DNA from: Candidatus Dojkabacteria bacterium
Lineage (GTDB): Bacteria; Patescibacteriota; Dojkabacteria; SC72
NCBI GenBank assembly: GCA_040765985.1
Contig: JAXGRK010000001.1
Span: 72,513 to 136,512 of the forward strand
Length of the DNA stretch: 64,000 bases
Reading direction: 5' to 3'
Shown: positions 10,535-19,252 of the stretch, one piece after another
How positions within the stretch are numbered: the stretch's first letter is position 1
Layout: each line of letters starts with the position of its first letter
Position numbers and translations under genes: made by a program
The notes under the pieces: generated by a model
What the model was told of the DNA's origin: nothing
The model's database searches: none
Seen by the model: the letters and a program-made list of their open reading frames with translations, nothing else

Positions 10535-10577
10535 TAAACTCATGTATTATATCCCAAGAAAATAGGTGTTGTATATA

Positions 10578-11894
10578 CTAATTCTTCTCTCTATGAAGAT
10601 TTCTAAAACTGGCTATCTCTTTAATGAATGCTAATTCCAGTACACCTGTAGGACCATTTCTATGTTTTGCAAGGAACAATTCCGCTGTACCCTTCTTTTC
10701 TGTATCAGGATTCCAAGTCTCTTCCCTATCTAAAAACATTACAACATCAGCATCCTGCTCAATAGAACCAGATTCTCTCAAATCTGACAATTGAGGTCTT
10801 CTACTTTGCCTTTGTTCAATCGCTCGAGATAGCTGAGAAAGCCCAACAACTGGAATATTTAGTTCCTTTGCAAGATTTTTTAAACCTTGCGAAACCTCAC
10901 CTACCTCTAATGTTCTACTTTCCTTACTATTACCATGCATTAGTTGGAGATAGTCAACAAAAATTATATCAACCCCATGTTCAATTTCTAATCTCCTTGC
11001 TTTAGTTCTAATTTGGTTAATATGTTGTCCCGCCATATCATCGATAAATATATTTGCATCTGCCAACTCTCCCATTGTATTTGCCAACTTAACAATTTTT
11101 TCTTCAGTGAGTTTGTTCGTTCTAATTTCCCAGAAAGGAATACCTGATTGCATACCTAAGAGTCTATCCATAATCTGCATATTAGACATTTCTAATGAGA
11201 AGAAAGCTACATTTTTCTTCTCGATTAAAGCAGCATGTCTCATCATATCTAGAGCCAAAGATGTTTTACCAACAGAAGGTCTTGCAGCAAGTACAATAAA
11301 ATCGGATTTCTGAAAACCACCCAGAAGAACATCTAACTCTTTAAATCCAGTTGAGATACCAGCATAATCATCACTTTCTTTAGAATGAGCAGCTCTCTCA
11401 TAGGCATCTTTAAGCAGATCTTTAATATGCACAAAATTACTCTTTATTCCCTCTTGAGCGACATTAAAAAGTAAGGTTTCTGATCTATCTACCACTTCTG
11501 GCATAGCTATGGTTTCATCAAAAGCCAACTTCGTAATTTCTGAAGAAGAAGATATCAACCCCCTTCTTGTCGCAGTTTCTTTAACGATATTTCCATACTC
11601 AGCTGCATGTGCAGAAGTTGGAACGAAAGATGCAAGCTCTGTTAGATATGCCCTTCCACCTATCCTGCTAAGTAACTTTTTCTTTTTTAATTTATCCGAA
11701 ATAGTAACAAGATCTATTGGGAGACCCTCTTCAAAGAGTTCTAAAATATTCTCATAAATATCTGCATGCCTTTCATCATAAAAATGATTTGGTTTTAATG
11801 TTCCAGAAACTTCAATTAAGGCGTCTTTGTCTAAAAGAATTGAACCTAATACTGATTTTTCTGCTTCTAAATTTTGAGGTGGAATTCTATCCAT
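10578..11894 (-). CDS. dnaB: replicative DNA helicase DnaB
   Basis: PPQNLEAEKSVLGSIL N-terminus, Walker A ARPSVGKTS, SLEMS, LSQLSR, ESGSIEQDAD. Confidence 0.95.
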   Translation of the reverse strand: MDRIPPQNLEAEKSVLGSILLDKDALIEVSGTLKPNHFYDERHADIYENILELFEEGLPIDLVTISDKLKKKKLLSRIGGRAYLTELASFVPTSAHAAEYGNIVKETATRRGLISSSSEITKLAFDETIAMPEVVDRSETLLFNVAQEGIKSNFVHIKDLLKDAYERAAHSKESDDYAGISTGFKELDVLLGGFQKSDFIVLAARPSVGKTSLALDMMRHAALIEKKNVAFFSLEMSNMQIMDRLLGMQSGIPFWEIRTNKLTEEKIVKLANTMGELADANIFIDDMAGQHINQIRTKARRLEIEHGVDIIFVDYLQLMHGNSKESRTLEVGEVSQGLKNLAKELNIPVVGLSQLSRAIEQRQSRRPQLSDLRESGSIEQDADVVMFLDREETWNPDTEKKGTAELFLAKHRNGPTGVLELAFIKEIASFRNLHREKN

Positions 11895-11897
11895 TGT

Positions 11898-12544
11898 TTA
11901 TTTAAGAAATATTACCTCTATATTTTTATTCTCTTGTTCTGGTGTAGGAGTTACATTTAAATATGATTCTTCTTTAACATTAGTGAAACCAAAATATTTA
12001 ATAAAATCATCCCTGCTTTTTAATTCATTCCCTAATTTTAGTCCTTCTGTGTTGTATGCACAAGGTATAAGTATTGTAGGATCAATATAGTTAAGTATCT
12101 TTTCAATCTTGTCATAATCTATAAATAAATTGCCATTACCAATAGGTAAGATTAACACATCTACATCGCCCAAATCTTTAGTTAGTGATATATCTAGAGA
12201 GTTATCTATTAAACCCATATACACTACTCTTAAAACGGCTTCATCAATAGTATAGAACTGAGAATCAACATCTCTTCGAATCATTACTCCACCTATTTCA
12301 AACTCACCCGGAGAAGATATCTCTATTGTTGACTCCCTATGATCTGGCTCTACTTTTTTTAATAAATCATTTCCGTCTAATATATTCTCCTCACCTCTCA
12401 AATCTTTTGAAGAGAAAAGAACAACATCTGCTTTACTTTTGGAAAAGCCAACCCACTCTGTTTAAGGGCTAGTGGATCTGTTAAAACAGTTATATCACCT
12501 GTACTAAGTAGAAATGACGACCAACCAAGACTTTTAATCTTCAT
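11898..12544 (-). CDS. MBL-fold (Lactamase_B_3-like) protein, frameshifted near 12.45-12.47 kb; HxHxDH metal motif not evident
   Basis: ATG at 12544 gives MKIKSLGWSSFLLSTGDITVLTDPL. It joins the 167-aa ORF only after a frame change (...SKADVVLFSSKDLRGEEN...). Confidence 0.45.
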
Positions 12545-12595
12545 ATTTACATTACAATTATTTTATCTGGCAGTATACACAAGAGTATATCAGAT

Positions 12596-12820
12596 TTATG
12601 AATCCGATAGACCCAGAGATTTACGAATGTCTTCAACTAGAGTTTCTTTCATCTGTTTTTTAACTAACTCTAACTTCAAACTTTCTAAAGAAGAAATTAC
12701 AGCTTGAAGCTGTGTCATCACTTTATCCTCATCTACATTGAGAGAAATCATCCTTTTTATGCCACCAACCTGTCCCTCTATTCTACTAACTCTATTTTGA
12801 ATTTTCTTTGAATATTTCAT
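12596..12820 (-). CDS. CsoR/RcnR/FrmR-family (DUF156) repressor-like protein lacking the Cys/His ligand set
   Basis: RIEGQVGGIKRMI matches the family R-I-E-G-Q-x-R-G motif. The protein has no Cys or His at the usual ligand positions. Confidence 0.55.
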   Translation of the reverse strand: MKYSKKIQNRVSRIEGQVGGIKRMISLNVDEDKVMTQLQAVISSLESLKLELVKKQMKETLVEDIRKSLGLSDS

Positions 12821-12869
12821 TTTGTACTAAAGTATATTTTTTAAATTAAAAAAATCAACCTTTTATCTC

Positions 12870-12906
12870 TTGACAAAAATTAGCACTCGGTGGTATCCTT
12901 TGCTAA
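12870..12906 (+). promoter_or_regulatory. hsp20 promoter (TTGACA-N18-TATCCT) overlapping a CIRCE-like inverted repeat
   Basis: TTGACA at 12870-12875. TTAGCACTC-N9-CTTTGCTAA at 12880-12906: left arm is a perfect CIRCE half-site, right arm matches 6 of 9. Confidence 0.45.
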
Positions 12907-12940
12907 CCATATATATTTAAATTTTAATATTTAAAATACT

Positions 12941-13384
12941 ATGAAAATTGTAAAAATAAATCAAAAACCACAGGATACAATATACACTCCTGTAAGATCT
13001 CTAATGGATGATTTCTTTGATTATCCCCTTTCGAGATTTAATGATGTCTTCTACAGAGATTTTGAGAATCTCTCAGCAAACGTATGGGAAGAAGACAACA
13101 AAATCTTTGTTAAGATGGCAATGCCTGGAATTAAAAAAGAAGATATTAAAATATCTGTAACAGGTGATAGCATAAATATTCAGGGTAAAACAGCCCAAGA
13201 GAAAGAAGAAAAAGAGAAAAGATACTTCTTAAAGACACTTCAATCATATTCCTACTCCCAAAGCTTTAATCTACCATCAATCGTAGACCCCGATAATGTA
13301 GAAGCATCTTTTGAGAACGGTGTACTAACCGTTAAACTACCCAAAGCTAAAGAATCTCAAACAAAAGAGATTGTCATTAAATAG
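12941..13384 (+). CDS. small heat-shock protein, Hsp20/alpha-crystallin family
   Basis: Alpha-crystallin domain ANVWEEDNKIFVKMAMPGIKKEDIKISV...ASFENGVLTVKLPK. Confidence 0.9.
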   Translation: MKIVKINQKPQDTIYTPVRSLMDDFFDYPLSRFNDVFYRDFENLSANVWEEDNKIFVKMAMPGIKKEDIKISVTGDSINIQGKTAQEKEEKEKRYFLKTLQSYSYSQSFNLPSIVDPDNVEASFENGVLTVKLPKAKESQTKEIVIK

Positions 13385-13396
13385 CTACAGAAGGTC

Positions 13397-13420
13397 TGTC
13401 CCGGGTCTGACCCCGGGACA
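13397..13420. terminator. GC-rich hairpin just after the hsp20 stop (9-bp stem TGTCCCGGG / CCCGGGACA, 6-nt loop); no U-tract
   Basis: Perfect inverted repeat read directly from the sequence. Confidence 0.45.
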
Positions 13421-13606
13421 ACCGATTTACACTTCAACCCAATCCCTTTACATAAACACATCCCATCTTCCTCCTTCTTTTTGAAAAAGGTAATTTCGTG
13501 TTTCGAACAAGCGCCAAACAGACACATGGATTTCAGAAAACCCCCTTCGTATCAGACACAACCAGGGGTTAGAGGAGGGTCTGGCACTCTTTCCCCCTTT
13601 TCTATG
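13421..13606. other. GC-rich non-coding tract, possible structured RNA or leader (unclassified)
   Basis: No ORF on either strand in an otherwise AT-rich, tightly packed genome. Contains CAGACACA twice and pairable segments CCCCU/AGGGG and AGAGGAGGG/CCCUUUUCU. Confidence 0.25.
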
Positions 13607-13635
13607 TAGACACTCCCGTTTTGTTCTGATATAAT
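13607..13635 (+). promoter_or_regulatory. rpmE promoter TAGACA-N17-(TGa)TATAAT; predicts a nearly leaderless mRNA
   Basis: -35 at 13607-13612 and extended -10 at 13627-13635. ATG at 13646 is only 10 nt after the -10 element. Confidence 0.45.
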
Positions 13636-13645
13636 CCTATCCGTT

Positions 13646-13981
13646 ATGAAGAAAGATATACATCCAAAATACAACAACAATTTAAAAGTCGTTTGTTCCT
13701 GTGGTAACACCTTTATTACAGGTTCTACCCTAGACGCAGAAACGCTTACAGTTGAACTTTGTTCTAAATGTCATCCTTTTTACACAGGAGAGCAAAAGAT
13801 TGTAGATACAGAAAACGTTGTAAAGAGATTTGAAGAAAGAGCCCAAAAGAGTGCGAAGATGTCTTTTAAAAACAAAAGAGAGAAAATGGCAGAAAGAAAA
13901 GCCAAGAGAACCTCTTCTGTCAAAGCATCTTCTAATCTTACATTAAAAGATATGCTTGCTAACGCAAATATATCTAAGTAA
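13646..13981 (+). CDS. rpmE: 50S ribosomal protein L31 (Cys-containing form) with basic C-terminal extension
   Basis: MKKDIHPKY start, CSCGN...[10 protein letters not shown] zinc motif. Confidence 0.9.
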   Translation: MKKDIHPKYNNNLKVVCSCGNTFITGSTLDAETLTVELCSKCHPFYTGEQKIVDTENVVKRFEERAQKSAKMSFKNKREKMAERKAKRTSSVKASSNLTLKDMLANANISK

Positions 13982-14002
13982 CACCCTCCCTATATCAATT
14001 TT

Positions 14003-15112
14003 ATGATATCATCCATATATATGGACATTGAAATATTAAAAAACAAATACAATTTCCAAGAGATTAAAGAGAAAAAAGATAATCTAGAGAAAAAACTTGA
14101 GACAGCACACCAAACTAATGAGAATATGTCAGAGTTAAGCTCGGACCTGTCCTACTACTCTCAACTGTATACATATGTTGATGAACTTAACAAAAATATT
14201 AGTAAATACGAACAAGCTAAACAGATATTAAAGGAAGGTGATGACACAGATTTAAAAGAGTTGGCAAACCTTGAGATTGAAGAGGTCCAAAACAGTATCA
14301 CTAGAATCGATTCAGACATTAGAAAATTACAGATAGAAAGAGAATTCCAGGATCAAGATGACAACAGGTCGGTAATATTAGAGATTCGAGCAGGTGCAGG
14401 TGGTGAAGAAGCTGCTCTTTTTGCATCTGACCTTTTCCATATGTATAAAAACTTTTCAGTTAAAAACGGCTGGGATGTTCAAATAATTGATAGTAATGTT
14501 GCAGAGGCAGGGGGATACAAAGAGGTAATAGCTCAAATTAATGGTAAAAATGTATACAAAAACCTAAAGTATGAAAGTGGTGTCCATAGAGTACAAAGAG
14601 TTCCAACTACTGAGTCGTCTGGAAGAATTCACACCTCTACAGCGTCCGTAGCCATTATGCCAGAAGCCCATGATATAGATATTGATATAAAGCCAGAAGA
14701 CTTAAGAATTGACGTTATGAGGGCCTCCGGAGCAGGAGGACAGTGTGTAAACAGAACAGACTCTGCAGTAAGAATAACTCATTTACCAACTGGTATTGTT
14801 GTAAGTTGCCAAGAAACTAAACATCAAGCACAAAACAAAGAAAAGGCAATGGCAAATCTTAGATCGCGGCTCTACGAAAAAAAGAAAAGAGAAGAAGATG
14901 AAAAAAGATCTAGTAAAAGAGCTTCTCAAATAGGAAACGCTATGAGAGCAGAGAAGATTAGGACATATAACTTCCCACAAAACAGAATCACAGATCATAG
15001 AGTAAAAATGTCTTGGCATAATATTGAATCTGTATTACTTGGAGATTTAGAACAGCTTATCCAAGACGTTAGAGAGGGTATTCAGCTCGAGATGTTAAAC
15101 AATGGAAAGTAA
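14003..15112 (+). CDS. prfA: peptide chain release factor 1
   Basis: GGQ motif GAGGQCVNRTDSAVRITHLPTG. RF1-type tripeptide region RVPTTESSGRIHTST. Confidence 0.95.
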   Translation: MISSIYMDIEILKNKYNFQEIKEKKDNLEKKLETAHQTNENMSELSSDLSYYSQLYTYVDELNKNISKYEQAKQILKEGDDTDLKELANLEIEEVQNSITRIDSDIRKLQIEREFQDQDDNRSVILEIRAGAGGEEAALFASDLFHMYKNFSVKNGWDVQIIDSNVAEAGGYKEVIAQINGKNVYKNLKYESGVHRVQRVPTTESSGRIHTSTASVAIMPEAHDIDIDIKPEDLRIDVMRASGAGGQCVNRTDSAVRITHLPTGIVVSCQETKHQAQNKEKAMANLRSRLYEKKKREEDEKRSSKRASQIGNAMRAEKIRTYNFPQNRITDHRVKMSWHNIESVLLGDLEQLIQDVREGIQLEMLNNGK

Positions 15113-15907
15113 TTTGCAGGAGATTTTTAAAATCCAAAAACTACTTGAAGAAATAAACTACCCCGATGCATATAGAGTAGCAAGAGAGATTCAAACATAC
15201 CTCCTTTCAAACAAAAATGTCTCAAAGGAAAAGCTCTTTCAAGAACTTAAAGGTGGTAAACCTTGGGAATATATAAAGGGAGATACACAATTTTGTAATC
15301 TTACTTTTAAAGTAGATAGTTATACCCTAATTCCAAGAGTTGAAACAGAACAACTAGTATATGACTGTAAAGATTTAATTGAGAAAGAAAATATTAAAAA
15401 CATTATTGATGTTGGGACAGGTAGTGGTTGTATAAGCATTTCTCTTGGGAATTTACTTCGAGCCCCTACTCCTTTTATGCTACAGACATATCCCAGAAAG
15501 CTTTGGATATTGCTAAATATAATGAGAAACAGATATTAAAACAAAATGGTATTAAATGGTTAAAAACAGATTTAATTAAAGATATAGATAATCTCAATGA
15601 ACCAACTATAATTATTGCTAATCTCCCATACATACCTACAGAAAAATATAAAAAGTTGGATAGAAGTGTAATAGATTATGAACCTAAATTGGCCTTAGAT
15701 GGCGGAAAAGATGGGTTAAGAGTATATGAGAAGCTATTTAGACAGATTAAATCAAAAAGTATAAACACAAAGATAATATATTTTGAAACAGAGGAAAGCA
15801 TTTTTGAAGAAGGTATAAATCTAGTTAAAGAGTTCTTTCCTAAATCAAAAATAACAAAAATAAAAGACTGTTTTAATAGGAATAGATTTGTCAAAATATC
15901 TTTTTAA
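15102..15907 (+). CDS. prmC: release-factor glutamine N5-methyltransferase PrmC/HemK, one frameshift near 15.45-15.48 kb
   Basis: SAM motif IIDVGTGSGCISISLG in the first ORF. ATDIS...IIANLPYIP (NPPY-like) in the second, overlapping ORF. Follows prfA. Confidence 0.8.
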
Positions 15908-15913
15908 TACAAC

Positions 15914-17071
15914 CTACTCTGCTTCTGTTAATGTAACCTTAACATTTCTTGTCTCACCATCCTTCCAAATCTCAAGCTCTATCTCTTCCCCTACTTTGAA
16001 TGATTGTACAATGTATGAGAAAGCTTGCTCTACTGATTCACCATTTACCTTTGTAATAATTTCACCTCTTTTTATCTCTGCCTTTGCTGCAGGACCATCA
16101 GGATCTACACTCATAACTAAAGCTCCTGCTACAACGTTTTCATAAAACATTGCCTGATACTCAGAAATCATTTGATATGATATTCCAATATACGGTTTTA
16201 TAAATTTCCCATAGGTTCTATACTCTGTTAATCTCTGTTTTACGATATTGATTGGCAAAGCGAAAGAAATATTATCTGCGTTAGCTGTTGTTGCAAAATT
16301 AATACCTATTACCTTTCCTTCAGAATTTATTAATGGTCCACCAGAGTTACCTGAATTAACAGCGGCATCTGTTTGTATTACATTCTCGTAAGTTTTAGTC
16401 GTTGCACCAAACCACCCAGATGATGTAGTAACTGACCTATTTAACCCACTGACCACCCCAGTTGTTACACTACCTGCATACTCCCCTAACGGAGTCCCTA
16501 TTGCTACAACAGTTTGACCTACAACAAGATTATCTGAATTTCCTAGTTCCAAAGAATCTAGGGAGGTTGCATCAATTTTAAGCAAAGCGATATCGTTGCT
16601 ATCATCTCTTAATATCTCAACTACCTCGTGCTCATTTCCATCACTAGTAATCACTTTGTATGCAGCAGATACATCGGATACCACATGTTGGTTAGTGATT
16701 ATTACACCGTTAGCATCAACGATAAAGCCCGTACCAATATTGCTTACCTCATCAACTAAACCCTCACCACTTTTTAACATAACTTGACTCACTGCTACAC
16801 TTACAACAGAAGGAGATGAATTTTTAACAACGTTAATAATTACGTTCTCTTCCTCCGTTACAACAATATTAACATCTTCGTTATCATTGTTATCTTTCTC
16901 TTCGATATTAAACACCCCTTTAAAGAGTTCTCCTTTTTCAGAAAGTACTACAAGCCCAAGCAATCCCCCTATTATCAAAGATATTACTAACAAGGTAATA
17001 CCAAAAACTTTTAGATGTTTGTAGTTATCAAAATTAAGTTTAGGTATTTTTTTCTCTTTACTCTCTTCCAT
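15914..17071 (-). CDS. htrA: HtrA/DegP-family serine protease with PDZ domain
   Basis: N-terminal TM, trypsin-like core with GNSGGPLIN, C-terminal PDZ. Confidence 0.9.
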   Translation of the reverse strand: MEESKEKKIPKLNFDNYKHLKVFGITLLVISLIIGGLLGLVVLSEKGELFKGVFNIEEKDNNDNEDVNIVVTEEENVIINVVKNSSPSVVSVAVSQVMLKSGEGLVDEVSNIGTGFIVDANGVIITNQHVVSDVSAAYKVITSDGNEHEVVEILRDDSNDIALLKIDATSLDSLELGNSDNLVVGQTVVAIGTPLGEYAGSVTTGVVSGLNRSVTTSSGWFGATTKTYENVIQTDAAVNSGNSGGPLINSEGKVIGINFATTANADNISFALPINIVKQRLTEYRTYGKFIKPYIGISYQMISEYQAMFYENVVAGALVMSVDPDGPAAKAEIKRGEIITKVNGESVEQAFSYIVQSFKVGEEIELEIWKDGETRNVKVTLTEAE

Positions 17072-17093
17072 ATTTAATACCTTTAAAATTTAA

Positions 17094-18299
17094 TTATTTA
17101 TTAATTTGAACTAACGCTTCATTATACTGCTTATCTACACCATCTATAAAGTCTTGGGACGTATTTTCTACTACGAAATCTGGAGTTATTGAGTTATCAG
17201 TAGTCAACCATGTTCCATCAGGCAGTAACCATTTCAGGATAGTAACATGTATACTTGAACCACCACTTAGATCAATTACTGTTTGTGCTGTACCTTTACC
17301 GTAAGTTTTAGTTCCCACTATCTTTGCTACACCGTTTTGTTGTAAAGCACCTGCAAATATCTCAGAGGCAGAAGCACTTCCTTCATCTACCAAAATTACA
17401 ACCTTTTTACCCAACAATCTTCCTCCTTTTTCAGAATCAAAGGTTTGAATATTTCCTTTTCCATCTTCCTGTTGTGAAATTATTTCCCCTATATCAATAA
17501 AATCATCTGCAGCATATACTCCAGCATCAAAGTAGCCACCTGGATTCCCTCTAAGATCTATAATAATCTTCTCAACATCATTTTCTATAATATCTTGAGT
17601 AATTGCATCCCATTTACCCTTCCATTCACCCAAAGAGGCCTCTGTAAATCTCGCGATATCTATTAAAGCAATATCTTTTTTGTCTCCAATATACGACAAA
17701 CTCATACTTGGAACTGTAATCTGTCCTCTCGTAATTTCTAATTCAATTGGTTCTAAATCTCCTCTATGTAATATTTGCAACTTAACTTTTGTTCCTGCCT
17801 CTCCTCTAATTTTCTGAACTATTTCGTATACATTATCTCCACTTTTTATTTGGTAATCATCTACGGCTAAGATATAGTCTCCTGGCCTAATACCTGCTTC
17901 TTTAGCAGGAGAGCCATCAATTGGAGATACTATTATTATTGCACCCTCTTTATATCCTAACTCTGCACCAATTCCTTCAAAATACTTCCCACTATTTGAC
18001 ATATTAAAATCTTCTGTTTCTTTGGGATCCAGAAATACAGTCGCCTGATCTCCGTAAGAATCAACCAAGCCCTTAATAGCGCCATATATCTTGTTCTCTT
18101 CAGATACCTTGTCCTTCTCAACATACTCACTATCCAAGATATCCCAAACCTGCCAAAAGAGGTTTATATCTACCTTGTTTTTTGCACCCCCAATAGACAA
18201 CAGGGTATCCGCGGAAGGAACTATACTTCTTCCAAATATAACTCCGATACAGAAAGCAACTACAACAATTACTAAAACTGCAAAATATTCTACTTCCAT
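17094..18299 (-). CDS. ctpA: S41 carboxy-terminal processing peptidase
   Basis: TM anchor, PDZ (GIRPGDYILAVD), catalytic region DEGSASASEIFAGALQ. Confidence 0.9.
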   Translation of the reverse strand: MEVEYFAVLVIVVVAFCIGVIFGRSIVPSADTLLSIGGAKNKVDINLFWQVWDILDSEYVEKDKVSEENKIYGAIKGLVDSYGDQATVFLDPKETEDFNMSNSGKYFEGIGAELGYKEGAIIIVSPIDGSPAKEAGIRPGDYILAVDDYQIKSGDNVYEIVQKIRGEAGTKVKLQILHRGDLEPIELEITRGQITVPSMSLSYIGDKKDIALIDIARFTEASLGEWKGKWDAITQDIIENDVEKIIIDLRGNPGGYFDAGVYAADDFIDIGEIISQQEDGKGNIQTFDSEKGGRLLGKKVVILVDEGSASASEIFAGALQQNGVAKIVGTKTYGKGTAQTVIDLSGGSSIHVTILKWLLPDGTWLTTDNSITPDFVVENTSQDFIDGVDKQYNEALVQINK

Positions 18300-18366
18300 T
18301 ATTTTCTTTGTCCATATTCAAGAAATTTAAAATTAGACTTCCATTATATTCTTAATTTTCTAATAA

Positions 18367-19236
18367 TTACAAATCAACAAAATCCAAAAGCCCAATATTC
18401 ATTAGTAGCTTACCCTTATTCCCAAAATCAACAAATGCATTATTACTTTCGTCATCAAAATCTATTACCTTACCAATATATCCATAGGTAGAGGGCGATC
18501 TAGATATCACCAACTGGTTAGTATACAAATTAACAAACCACTTGTTATTCTGTATATCCGATTCTGAGAGTATAAATAACTGATTTTCAACACTATCAAA
18601 CATTACAAATTTACCCTTAAATTTAAGAAGTTTATCTAAGAACATATTGTCACAGTGAACAGAGCCAAAGCCACCAAGAATCATTATTGGTAATCCAATC
18701 TCTCTAAATTCTGAATAGGACATGGCGTAGGTAATAACTGCAACTGCACCTCTTTCAAACAGCTCTATAGCCACTCTATTGTAAAGATATGGACCAACCC
18801 ATACAATCTTCCCACTATAATCATCATCCAAACTGCTTTCTTTTAATATTGTTTTCCCATCTCCTAGTATCTCCAATTTTCCAAAGAACTTCTCATCTGA
18901 TTTCGTTGTTACAACACCATCTACACAAACAGCGTCGGTTACAACAACTAACCCATCTACAGGATTGATTGTAGCAACGAAACCACTAAAATCACTTTCA
19001 ACAATAGAAGTACTCTCTTCCCCTAATATATCTACATAGCCCATTTTAACCCTTGTTAAATCTAATATCCCATTTGTGGGAGCAACTAATTCGGTTACGC
19101 TTAATTTCCCAGAAGATGTTTTTTGAGCTATTATTTCACCTTCTTCTAAATATTCACCATCTACTCTAATAACATATTTTTCACACTCTTCATTCTTACA
19201 ATTCAAAATCTTTGTTACACTTAAAGATTTTTTCAA
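18367..19236 (-). CDS. hypothetical protein with N-terminal barrel-sandwich (lipoyl/hybrid-motif-like) segment
   Basis: Long ORF in an AT-rich context. GEIIAQKTSSGKLSVTELVAPTNGILDL resembles hybrid-motif folds. No family recognised. Confidence 0.4.
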   Translation of the reverse strand: MKKSLSVTKILNCKNEECEKYVIRVDGEYLEEGEIIAQKTSSGKLSVTELVAPTNGILDLTRVKMGYVDILGEESTSIVESDFSGFVATINPVDGLVVVTDAVCVDGVVTTKSDEKFFGKLEILGDGKTILKESSLDDDYSGKIVWVGPYLYNRVAIELFERGAVAVITYAMSYSEFREIGLPIMILGGFGSVHCDNMFLDKLLKFKGKFVMFDSVENQLFILSESDIQNNKWFVNLYTNQLVISRSPSTYGYIGKVIDFDDESNNAFVDFGNKGKLLMNIGLLDFVDL

Positions 19237-19252
19237 AGGAGTATCAACTCTT

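Noticed and set aside
13434-13466. A 10-codon minus-strand mini-ORF (MGCVYVKGLG) preceded by AAGGAGG and followed by the GC hairpin.
   Set aside because: The GGAGG core ends only 3 nt before the ATG. Other genes here lack SD sequences altogether. There is no upstream promoter and no recognisable peptide family, so it is most likely coincidental.
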